A stretch of 37,578 bases of DNA from a virus, in IMG/VR virus record IMGVR_UViG_3300028895_000250. One strand, written 5' to 3'. This document shows positions 8,754-16,426 of the stretch, piece by piece. How positions within the stretch are numbered: position 1 is the first letter of the stretch; the number at the start of each line of letters is the position of its first letter. Below the pieces are notes generated by a model that was not told the DNA's origin, did no database searches, and worked only from the letters and a program-made list of their open reading frames with translations. The translations under genes were made by a program, and so were the position numbers.

Positions 8754-9038
8754 ATGAGCGGATACCCTATTGGCAAATTGCAGTTGCGGATGGGCACCGG
8801 TACAGGTGCCGCCGCTGCAAATGATATCACTGTAACTACCAACGCAGCGGGATCGTCAACCGACATCCCGATCACAACGGACGACACAATCGTCGGAGTG
8901 TTGCACGACACCTCGGGCGGCGTTTTGGTGGACGTTACGAGCGAGGCGTCGATTACGGCTGCCAGCACCATACAGCTGTCAACGACCGACACGTCGTCGG
9001 ACCTGATTATCGTATTCTGGCATGATGCAACCATCTAA
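8754..9038 (+). CDS. Small Thr/Ser-rich head-module protein (94 aa)
   Basis: RBS GAGGA with the same spacing and context as the 8182 ORF. Tight packing in the head operon. Confidence 0.55.
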   Translation: MSGYPIGKLQLRMGTGTGAAAANDITVTTNAAGSSTDIPITTDDTIVGVLHDTSGGVLVDVTSEASITAASTIQLSTTDTSSDLIIVFWHDATI

Positions 9039-9051
9039 CCGGAGGGGTGAT

Positions 9052-9294
9052 ATGACAACTGTAATATTCAAACCCTCCGGGCCGGAACATCAGTTTAAGG
9101 CCCTTGTCGGTCCCGGTTACGTGGAATGTCACGAGCCGGGGCCTGTCGAGGTTACGCCGGATCAGGCGAAGATTCTGCTTGAGCAATGTCCGGGCAACTT
9201 CTCGGCGGTTGCAGAAAAGGCAGCGGCTGCCGCACCAAAAAACAAAGCCAAAGACAAGCCGCCGAAGGATAAGGCCAAAGGGGGAGGTAAATAA
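9052..9294 (+). CDS. Small protein with Lys/Ala-rich C-terminal tail (80 aa)
   Basis: GGAGG precedes ATG 9052. The 9022 start in the track would overlap the previous gene. C-terminus is PKNKAKDKPPKDKAKGGGK. Confidence 0.55.
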   Translation: MTTVIFKPSGPEHQFKALVGPGYVECHEPGPVEVTPDQAKILLEQCPGNFSAVAEKAAAAAPKNKAKDKPPKDKAKGGGK

Positions 9295-9677
9295 TGCCAG
9301 CTTTAACGTCCGCATGGTTTACCGCCGCGACCCCGGATAGCGACGACTGGACGGACGAAACTCAGCTCGATGACGTGCGGACGGTATCGGACTACGACAA
9401 GATCGTATTGACGATCCGGTGCCTGACTGCGCCGAGCGAAGGGCTGACGACCGTCAAATTTCAACACTCAGCGGATCATGGCATCGTGGAAACGGCTTCG
9501 GCGAATTGGGAAACCTTGTGGAGCAAATCGTTTGATTCCAATCAGGGCAGCACCCAGCATACAGAATCATTCGATAACTTCCACTCGAAGATTCGCATTA
9601 CGGTGACAAATACAGTCGCCAGCCAGTCGCCGGTGCTGAATGTCTACATCCGTGAAAAACAGATCGGATCTGGCTGA
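9294..9677 (+). CDS. Head-module beta-rich protein, paralog A (127 aa)
   Basis: TAATG coupling. Shares ordered motifs with the next ORF (TTVKF / W..L.SKSFD / IRITVTN). Confidence 0.6.
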   Translation: MPALTSAWFTAATPDSDDWTDETQLDDVRTVSDYDKIVLTIRCLTAPSEGLTTVKFQHSADHGIVETASANWETLWSKSFDSNQGSTQHTESFDNFHSKIRITVTNTVASQSPVLNVYIREKQIGSG

Positions 9678-10081
9678 TGGGTAGCGGCAGCAGTAGCACA
9701 ACGCAGGGCTTTGTTGACCAAACGGAGCAAACGTCAAACGGTGGTGCAGACTATACGCCACACGGCGACCCTATTGACGTTGGCGGGTATACCCGACTGG
9801 CTATTTACCTTCACATCATTAATGGCCCAGAATCCGGCACGACGACGGTTAGGATTGAAGAATCACCAAATTACGGGTTTGCCGGTGTCGCTAACGAGCA
9901 GGCGCATTGGATGTCGTTGAAGTCATTCGATCCGGTTGATGTCAATGACGCCGGAGCATGGTTCAAGATGGAATTGCCGGACGGAACGATCAATACCTGG
10001 GGCGCATGGTTGCGGGTTACTGCCGTAAATTCTGTGTCCGGGCAAACCTGTCTGTTTGAGGTCAAAATCAACAGGTATTAA
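9677..10081 (+). CDS. Head-module beta-rich protein, paralog B (134 aa)
   Basis: TGATG coupling. Motifs TTVRI / W.SLKSFD / LRVTAVN occur in the same order as in the 9294 ORF. Confidence 0.6.
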   Translation: MGSGSSSTTQGFVDQTEQTSNGGADYTPHGDPIDVGGYTRLAIYLHIINGPESGTTTVRIEESPNYGFAGVANEQAHWMSLKSFDPVDVNDAGAWFKMELPDGTINTWGAWLRVTAVNSVSGQTCLFEVKINRY

Positions 10082-10083
10082 CT

Positions 10084-10662
10084 ATGGCGCGCAAGCTATT
10101 TACAGTCGATGAGGTCAAGCCGTTTCTCGATCTGGCGGGCGGCCCGCAGGACACCACGCAGGATGAGTTGCTTAAAATCCTGATCGAAGGCGCTACGGCG
10201 TGGATTGAGAAATACTGCGCCCAGACGTTTGAGTCCGGCGGGATATCGTATTCCGAAACCTACGACGGCGACAACGGGACGGTGCTGTATCTGAATCATC
10301 GCCCGGTGATATCGGTTTCATCTGTGGTTATTACCGACTCTGCGGACGTTGACGATACGATCCCCTCGACGGACTACGAACTGTACGAGACTGTCGGCAA
10401 GATAGTCCTGACCGAAGGGGATAGCTTTCTCAAGGGCGATCTGAACGTGGCGATCAGCTACGTCGCGGGAGAGTCTACCCTGCCCGCCGATGTCAAGCTG
10501 GCCGGGATGAAGCTGGTGCGCTGGCATTATCGCAAGTGGAACGATGACCGGGACGGCATATCGTCGGTCTCTGTCGGTGATATCACAACCAACTACGAAT
10601 CCGGTGTGCCTGCCGAGATCACTCAGGCCCTGGCACCACACCGAAACGTGATGTTTGGATGA
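10084..10662 (+). CDS. Head-tail connector/adaptor (gp6-like)
   Basis: N-terminus VDEVKPFLDLAG...DELLKILIEGATAWIEKYC is typical of the phage gp6-like head-tail connector family. Position is after the capsid genes. Confidence 0.75.
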   Translation: MARKLFTVDEVKPFLDLAGGPQDTTQDELLKILIEGATAWIEKYCAQTFESGGISYSETYDGDNGTVLYLNHRPVISVSSVVITDSADVDDTIPSTDYELYETVGKIVLTEGDSFLKGDLNVAISYVAGESTLPADVKLAGMKLVRWHYRKWNDDRDGISSVSVGDITTNYESGVPAEITQALAPHRNVMFG

Positions 10663-11140
10663 TTATGTGTTCGAGCTTGATCTGTCAATTGAGGGGAACA
10701 AAAAAGAATCGGTGAAGCTCGCCCGGTTTGGCAAAGAAAAGATACCCAATCTTAAACGAGGGATCGACAAAGCCACGCTGCGGCTTGAACGAACGATCAA
10801 AAAGAAAAAGCTCTCCGGGCAGTTGCTGAATGTCGGAAGGGGGAGGCATGGAGGGCATCTTCGGGCGTCTTTTCATTCTGTAGCAGCGCGGTATCAAGCT
10901 GGAGTGGGAATATATGGACTTGTTGGAAGTAACGCCGTTTACGCTCGAATCCACGAGGTCGGCGGAATCATCCGAGCAAAGAACGCCAAATATCTCCACT
11001 TCAAAACAAGGGATGGTCACTGGCATAAGGTAAAAGAGGTTAAGATCAAGCCGAAACGCTACGCCGAGTCGGCAATGCGCGAAGACCGCCGGGGCATTGC
11101 GAAGGATATTATAACCGAAGTTATGAGGCCGCTTAGATGA
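10655..11140 (+). CDS. HK97 gp10-like / virion morphogenesis (head closure or tail completion) protein
   Basis: Motif GGHLRASF...SNAVYARIHEVGG resembles the HK97 gp10 / tail-S families. TTG start overlaps the previous stop. Confidence 0.6.
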   Translation: MDDYVFELDLSIEGNKKESVKLARFGKEKIPNLKRGIDKATLRLERTIKKKKLSGQLLNVGRGRHGGHLRASFHSVAARYQAGVGIYGLVGSNAVYARIHEVGGIIRAKNAKYLHFKTRDGHWHKVKEVKIKPKRYAESAMREDRRGIAKDIITEVMRPLR

Positions 11141-11562
11141 GCGTCAGGGATACCATACTGGCAAATCTCAAGACGGGGCTGGAATCGATCAGCTCCGTCA
11201 AATACGTCACCCGCGATCTACAGGAATATCCGAGCAAGTTAAAGCAATGGTCTCCGGCGCTATTTATCGCCGACGACGGCGGCGAAGAAATCAACAACTA
11301 CTGCGACGGCGACAAAGCACAGATTACGATATTGATTCTGATCTACGGTTACTATCACCGGGCGGAGGATATGACTGCGGGATTCAGTACCTTTCTGGAG
11401 GCCGTAGTCGATAAAATCTATGCGCCGATATCTCTCGGCTCAAACGTCCGCGACTGTACCGTGGTGTCCGTCAACCCCATCGTTTCGATACCCAAAGAAA
11501 ACGCCACCGAATTCGAGATGCACCTCCAAATCAAATACTGGCGAGCTCTGGGAGGTGCGTAA
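11137..11562 (+). CDS. Neck/tail completion protein (141 aa)
   Basis: Call rests on gene order. N-terminus VRDTILANLKTGLESISSVKYV is reminiscent of tail-terminator-type proteins. Confidence 0.45.
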   Translation: MSVRDTILANLKTGLESISSVKYVTRDLQEYPSKLKQWSPALFIADDGGEEINNYCDGDKAQITILILIYGYYHRAEDMTAGFSTFLEAVVDKIYAPISLGSNVRDCTVVSVNPIVSIPKENATEFEMHLQIKYWRALGGA

Positions 11563-12050
11563 TGGCTGAGGTCTATAACACATCGCAAAGCGCAGTCCTT
11601 GAGACGGTCCGGGATACGATCAAGACCAAACTGGACGCCATTGTCTGGACGGACATCTCCCCCGATATCGATTACACCTATGACAACCATCGCATTGCGA
11701 ATATGTCGTTTAATGCAGTGTCGGTAGAAATCGTTGGCGTAGAGAAGGAACATACTGCGCAGCAATCATCCCCTGCCGGTCCGGTTATCAACTATTACAT
11801 CACCATCGAATTGCGAATCCATACCGCCGTCGGTGGTCGGCACAACGACTACGATACGTTCATGCGGCTGGCTAATTCGCTGTCTAATTTTCTCGCGGAG
11901 AACAATGCGCTCGGCACCCATGCCAATGGGCGGATGGTGGTCCACGATCCGGGGCAGATTGTTCCCGACCAAACCTTTGAAGAATCAGACACAGTTGGCG
12001 GATCACTGACCTTTATCGTCTTATGGTCCGGCCAGCATACGCAGGTGTGA
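11562..12050 (+). CDS. Neck/tail completion protein (162 aa)
   Basis: Call rests on gene order. TAATG coupling with the previous ORF. Confidence 0.45.
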   Translation: MAEVYNTSQSAVLETVRDTIKTKLDAIVWTDISPDIDYTYDNHRIANMSFNAVSVEIVGVEKEHTAQQSSPAGPVINYYITIELRIHTAVGGRHNDYDTFMRLANSLSNFLAENNALGTHANGRMVVHDPGQIVPDQTFEESDTVGGSLTFIVLWSGQHTQV

Positions 12051-12051
12051 T

Positions 12052-12243
12052 ATGAGAGTGAAAATAATTGAAGGTCGAACACTTCCCCGGTGGAGTCTGG
12101 CGCGGAGCATGAGCGAGTCGGAATGTACGCGACCCGATTACAACGACATCCAGGCGGGGAGGATAGTTGACGTGATAAATGATTTCGGCATCTGGCTCGT
12201 CAAAGAGGGCTACTGCGAACACGTCAGAGAGGATGAGGAATAA
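12052..12243 (+). CDS. Small hypothetical protein (63 aa)
   Basis: Tightly coupled on both sides (TGAtATG upstream, TAATG downstream). Confidence 0.45.
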   Translation: MRVKIIEGRTLPRWSLARSMSESECTRPDYNDIQAGRIVDVINDFGIWLVKEGYCEHVREDEE

Positions 12244-13286
12244 TGGCGTATGTAGTTTCTTCGCGGCATGATTCGCGGATCGGGTTTTGGCCGCAGGCTG
12301 CATGGGGAACTGGGGCCGCAGCGGGTGCTGCATTTCAGGAGCTGCCGAACGATCCGGGTGCGGTATTTGGTCAGGATATCAGGTTGCGTCGGCCTAATCG
12401 GTCGTTTACAAGTACGCTTGGCGGTCAGCGTATGGCGGACGAACGTGACTACAGCAACGACACAAAAGGTGCCGCGCCGACGATCACAACGTCCGGCGAT
12501 GTTCGCAAAGACGATCTCGCCGAATATTTGTACCTGGTAATGCAGGGCGTTACTGAGGGCGGTACAACGCCTTATTTGAAGCAGTTTGAGTTTCCTGCAA
12601 CTCAGCCGGACTTTACCGTCAACGGCGGGATGTTTGGTTCGGTGTGCGGCAGGCATCCTACCGCCAGTACATCGGTGATGCTCTCTGATGCTATTATCCG
12701 CAACTTGACGTTATCTGTTCACCCTAACAACAATCAAGGTCGATTGCAATATAGTGCGGACTGGATCGGTCGCGGGCCACTGACGCACCAGTTCAATCCG
12801 TCGGGGACGTGGACCCGCGTGGATGAGGAATACTTCTATTTCCACGATTTGGGCGGCGTGTTGTACGATGCAGTAGACATCGACATCTTTAGCTGGGAAA
12901 TTACCATCAGCAATAATGCAGTGCCTGTCGGCGTTGAGGTCGGAGATACCGGCAAGTTTGCCACGTTTGCTCTACCGAAATACACAGCCACCGGCAAATT
13001 CAACATGATCTATAACTCAGCCAACTATACGCTAATGCACGGACAGTTTGAGTCAGGTACTGGCACTAAAATGCGAATCTATTGGGGTAATGCCTCACCG
13101 TCGGCTGACGAGGACCTGCGGATCGATGCCAACTCAATTATCACCGATGTTCGCCGGTCGTTGGATGATATTCATCAGATGGAGGTATCCTGGGAAGCGG
13201 TTACCGACGTGGTGACCAGCGGTGAAGATTGCGACGATCACGGCCTGGTTATTCAACTGGCAGACGCCAGTGACCGGGCGTGGTAA
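12243..13286 (+). CDS. Major tail (tube) protein
   Basis: 347-aa ORF immediately upstream of the G/GT chaperone pair and the tape measure gene. The call rests on synteny. Confidence 0.65.
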   Translation: MAYVVSSRHDSRIGFWPQAAWGTGAAAGAAFQELPNDPGAVFGQDIRLRRPNRSFTSTLGGQRMADERDYSNDTKGAAPTITTSGDVRKDDLAEYLYLVMQGVTEGGTTPYLKQFEFPATQPDFTVNGGMFGSVCGRHPTASTSVMLSDAIIRNLTLSVHPNNNQGRLQYSADWIGRGPLTHQFNPSGTWTRVDEEYFYFHDLGGVLYDAVDIDIFSWEITISNNAVPVGVEVGDTGKFATFALPKYTATGKFNMIYNSANYTLMHGQFESGTGTKMRIYWGNASPSADEDLRIDANSIITDVRRSLDDIHQMEVSWEAVTDVVTSGEDCDDHGLVIQLADASDRAW

Positions 13287-13304
13287 TAAAAAAGAGAGGG
13301 TAAT

Positions 13305-13649
13305 ATGCTACGGTTAATCGATCCAAATGCAACACACGAATTCGTACCGAAGTGCGAGAAGGACTCCGAGAATCCGACGACGTTTCACGTCAGGCCGATG
13401 AGTATGCGGCAATCGGTGGCAATCGCACAGGCGGCAAAGAGTGTTCAGGGCGGCGACAAGGAAATACAGATTGATGCTATCTGCGAGTTGATCGAGCAAA
13501 ATGTTGTCCAGATCGACAATGCCACTGTCGCAAACGCCGAGGAATTTCTCGAAGCTGCATCCACACCAGAGGCCATCGGTGTTGTATTTGAGGTTTTTAA
13601 ATTCATTCAAAGCTTGTCTTTGCCCACCGAGGCCGAAAAGGGAAACTGA
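13305..13649 (+). CDS. Tail assembly chaperone (gpG-like)
   Basis: Acidic ~114-aa ORF between the tube and tape measure genes. A slippery heptamer lies just before its stop. Confidence 0.75.
   Translation: MLRLIDPNATHEFVPKCEKDSENPTTFHVRPMSMRQSVAIAQAAKSVQGGDKEIQIDAICELIEQNVVQIDNATVANAEEFLEAASTPEAIGVVFEVFKFIQSLSLPTEAEKGN
13637..13643 (+). promoter_or_regulatory. Candidate -1 programmed frameshift site A_AAG_GGA
   Basis: An X_XXY_YYZ heptamer in the G frame, 4 nt before the G stop codon (TGA 13647..13649). The -1 frame is open from 13601 and continues into ORF 13652..14089. Confidence 0.65.
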
Positions 13650-13651
13650 CC

Positions 13652-14089
13652 ATGCTGGTACGGTTTGCGGAAATGAAGTCGGGCAGCAAGACACCGGAGC
13701 AATATGATTGCTCGCGGTGCCGGGGTAAACGCCGCAAGTGTTTACTTCAGGGTCCGATCATCGCAGCCATGCCAGCGCGACGGGATCGACACACCATTCA
13801 ATCGCCGGATGAATTTCCGGCTTTGCGGGAATGGGCGAATAAAAAAGACGGCTGGTCTGAATTCTCTGATTTCCTGATGCTGTACAATCTCGGCATCTGT
13901 CCATTGCCGTTCGTTACGCAGCTATCCACTGAGGCCTTCAATCTCTACCAGTACGGACAGGCCAACAACAACATGGCTCTGGTCGATGGCAGCTACTATA
14001 ATCAACCCGCGTTCTATATGGCCCTGATAAACATCATCGCCGCCGAGCAAGCCCAAGTCCGGGCGGAGAATCGAGGGGATGATGGCTAA
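13652..14089 (+). CDS. Tail assembly chaperone frameshift extension (gpT-like); probably made as a G-T fusion 13305..13643 / 13643..14089
   Basis: ORF is in the -1 frame relative to G and overlaps the tape measure start. This is the classical G/GT arrangement. Confidence 0.7.
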   Translation: MLVRFAEMKSGSKTPEQYDCSRCRGKRRKCLLQGPIIAAMPARRDRHTIQSPDEFPALREWANKKDGWSEFSDFLMLYNLGICPLPFVTQLSTEAFNLYQYGQANNNMALVDGSYYNQPAFYMALINIIAAEQAQVRAENRGDDG

Positions 14090-15554
14090 GTATCAAGAGG
14101 ACTTCAATCTCCGGATCGGCGCGAAGGATAAGTCCAAACGGGCCCTGGACAGTGTGGCCAAATCCGTTGCGGGGATCACTGCGGCACTGGTGTCAATGAA
14201 AGCCGCTAGCGCATTCCTCAAAGACGGCATCGAGTTGGTGCTTGAGCATGAGGCGGCCTACATGGAATTGGCCGCCGCTGTTGAGCGTGCGGGTTATTCA
14301 TGGCAACAGGCGGAGAAGCCGCTGCGGGCTTTTGCTGACCGGATGCAGTCAATAACTGCGATTTCGGATGAAGTCATCGCCCGGAATATGCAGTTGATGT
14401 TGAGTTACGGCATGGATTTGCCGGGAGCTATGACCGCAATGTCGAAAGCGGCCGACCTTGCAGCCGCCCGACAAATTGAATTAAAAACCGCCGTCGATCT
14501 TCTCGGCAAAGCATTTATCGGCTACACCGGCACCCTGTCCCGGTACGGCATCATCGTTGACGAGAATATCAGCCAGTCAGAGAAGTTTCAAGAGGTATTG
14601 AGACAACTATCCGGGCCAAACATCGCCGGAGCCGCAGAAAAGGCAATGCAGAGTCTGGATAAAAAGATTGCACTGCTCGATCAGCGTTGGGGCGACCTCA
14701 AGGAGCAAATGTTCGGTGTCCTCACTGCATTTACTCCAATGATCACTGGCCTGTCCGATTTATTGCACGTTATCAACGAAATGGAGGGCGGCTTCAACAA
14801 GCTGGCTTTTGCCATAAAACCATTTCTCGCAGCCCTCGATCCTACAGGCGTAAAGCTCGGCGAGTTTGCCGCCGAGTTGGAATTGGCCAATCAAGAATTA
14901 AAAATCCATCAAGAACGTCTTGTGAGTACGCTCAACCTTTACGGTCCACCGATGTTCGAGGGAGCCAAGAAGTCGGCGGAAATGACCAAAGAGGCAATCA
15001 AAGCCCTCCGCCATGAAATGAAACTCTGGAATGAAGAATCCGGCGGCAATCTCCGCCAGAGCTTCCCCTCAGACAAAAACGCGATGCAAGTCAGCGGCAT
15101 GGATCTCCGGGGTCTGGCGTTGCCGGATCAAAACTTTTCAACTGAGTGGGCGGATGCATATACCAAAGTTACCGAGGACACTCTCGCCTTCGTCAACGCT
15201 ACACAGGCGGCATTCGCCACTCTGGGTAGCGGCATCAACGAGGTTATTTGGGGCCTTGAAGACAATTGGAATAACGTACTCAAGCGCATGGCGATGCAGT
15301 TCACGGCTTTTATAACTCAACTGATAATGAAAAAAGCGGCGATATCTTTTCTGTCGGCGATACCTGGCGTGGGTCCGCTGCTATCACTGACGACCACTGC
15401 GGCAAAGGCATCGCCGACTTCAGCGAAAATTGAAATCAACTTCCACGGCGACATCATCGGAGACGAGGAAGTCGTTCGGCAGAAGATCATCCCGCAAATT
15501 GAAGCGGCCTCACAGCGGGGATTCTCTCGCATTGCACTTGAGGGGTCGATGTAA
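14079..15554 (+). CDS. Tape measure protein (491 aa)
   Basis: Position after G/GT. Ala/Leu-rich helical sequence with a hydrophobic C-terminal segment (ISFLSAIPGVGPLLSL). Confidence 0.8.
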   Translation: MMAKYQEDFNLRIGAKDKSKRALDSVAKSVAGITAALVSMKAASAFLKDGIELVLEHEAAYMELAAAVERAGYSWQQAEKPLRAFADRMQSITAISDEVIARNMQLMLSYGMDLPGAMTAMSKAADLAAARQIELKTAVDLLGKAFIGYTGTLSRYGIIVDENISQSEKFQEVLRQLSGPNIAGAAEKAMQSLDKKIALLDQRWGDLKEQMFGVLTAFTPMITGLSDLLHVINEMEGGFNKLAFAIKPFLAALDPTGVKLGEFAAELELANQELKIHQERLVSTLNLYGPPMFEGAKKSAEMTKEAIKALRHEMKLWNEESGGNLRQSFPSDKNAMQVSGMDLRGLALPDQNFSTEWADAYTKVTEDTLAFVNATQAAFATLGSGINEVIWGLEDNWNNVLKRMAMQFTAFITQLIMKKAAISFLSAIPGVGPLLSLTTTAAKASPTSAKIEINFHGDIIGDEEVVRQKIIPQIEAASQRGFSRIALEGSM

Positions 15555-16426
15555 TGGCAGCCGTCGGGACAAGGTTCTGGTGCCCGCTGAACTACCGGAC
15601 GCGGGTGATTAACGCCCCGTCGAGCCAGTATAAGGGGTCGCCGTATAACGTACTTGATTACAATCCTGACAGCACTTATATCGCAACCAATAAACCTATT
15701 TGCGGCCTGCAGTTTGATTTCGATGCGAGCAACGATTACGCCAGCTCTGTCGTTGTAACATTCGCTGCGGCCTTTGCCAGGAATACTCACGGCTACAGCT
15801 ACCCGCTGCGATTTCAAATCTGGCGGTCGAACGATTACAATAGTTGGGGATCAGCGGTCGGCTATCTGGCCAACATTACTGACGCCTACTATTTCCCGCT
15901 GGTGATCGAGGATCTTGCGGTCTCGATGGCCAGGTACTGGAAAATTGATCTGTGGAGCGACAACGGCGAGACTGTCGAGTGTGGCGGGTTAATGCTTGGC
16001 CGCTACCACGACCTCGACGTGCGCTGGAATTGGGGGTCACCACAGGGCGATGGCTATTTTAATCACGGCCTGACGAATTTCAGCGGTCGGCAATCGATCA
16101 GGATCGGTAACGACAACGGCGTATTTACCGCAGAACGGCATTACGAATACCTGACCACTACACAGATGAACGCGATCCGGGCGGCATGGGCCGACACAAG
16201 GGGCGGCGCATACCCCATGATCATCACCGACGATCTACCGTCCTCGACGTGGAGCGCAACCAATCCGAACGCCAATGCCAGAAATTCCTATCTCGCACGG
16301 TTCAACCATCCGGCGGATGCTGACGGTAAGAAGCGGCTCGGCGAAGTTGAGGTCCAGTCCGGCCTCTGGAATGTGACGCTGTACCTGTCTGAGGTGCCGT
16401 GGGCGGGTGAAGGGGAGATTGTCTGA
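15554..16426 (+). CDS. Distal tail protein-like (290 aa)
   Basis: First ORF after the tape measure gene, with ATGTAATG-type coupling. Confidence 0.55.
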   Translation: MAAVGTRFWCPLNYRTRVINAPSSQYKGSPYNVLDYNPDSTYIATNKPICGLQFDFDASNDYASSVVVTFAAAFARNTHGYSYPLRFQIWRSNDYNSWGSAVGYLANITDAYYFPLVIEDLAVSMARYWKIDLWSDNGETVECGGLMLGRYHDLDVRWNWGSPQGDGYFNHGLTNFSGRQSIRIGNDNGVFTAERHYEYLTTTQMNAIRAAWADTRGGAYPMIITDDLPSSTWSATNPNANARNSYLARFNHPADADGKKRLGEVEVQSGLWNVTLYLSEVPWAGEGEIV

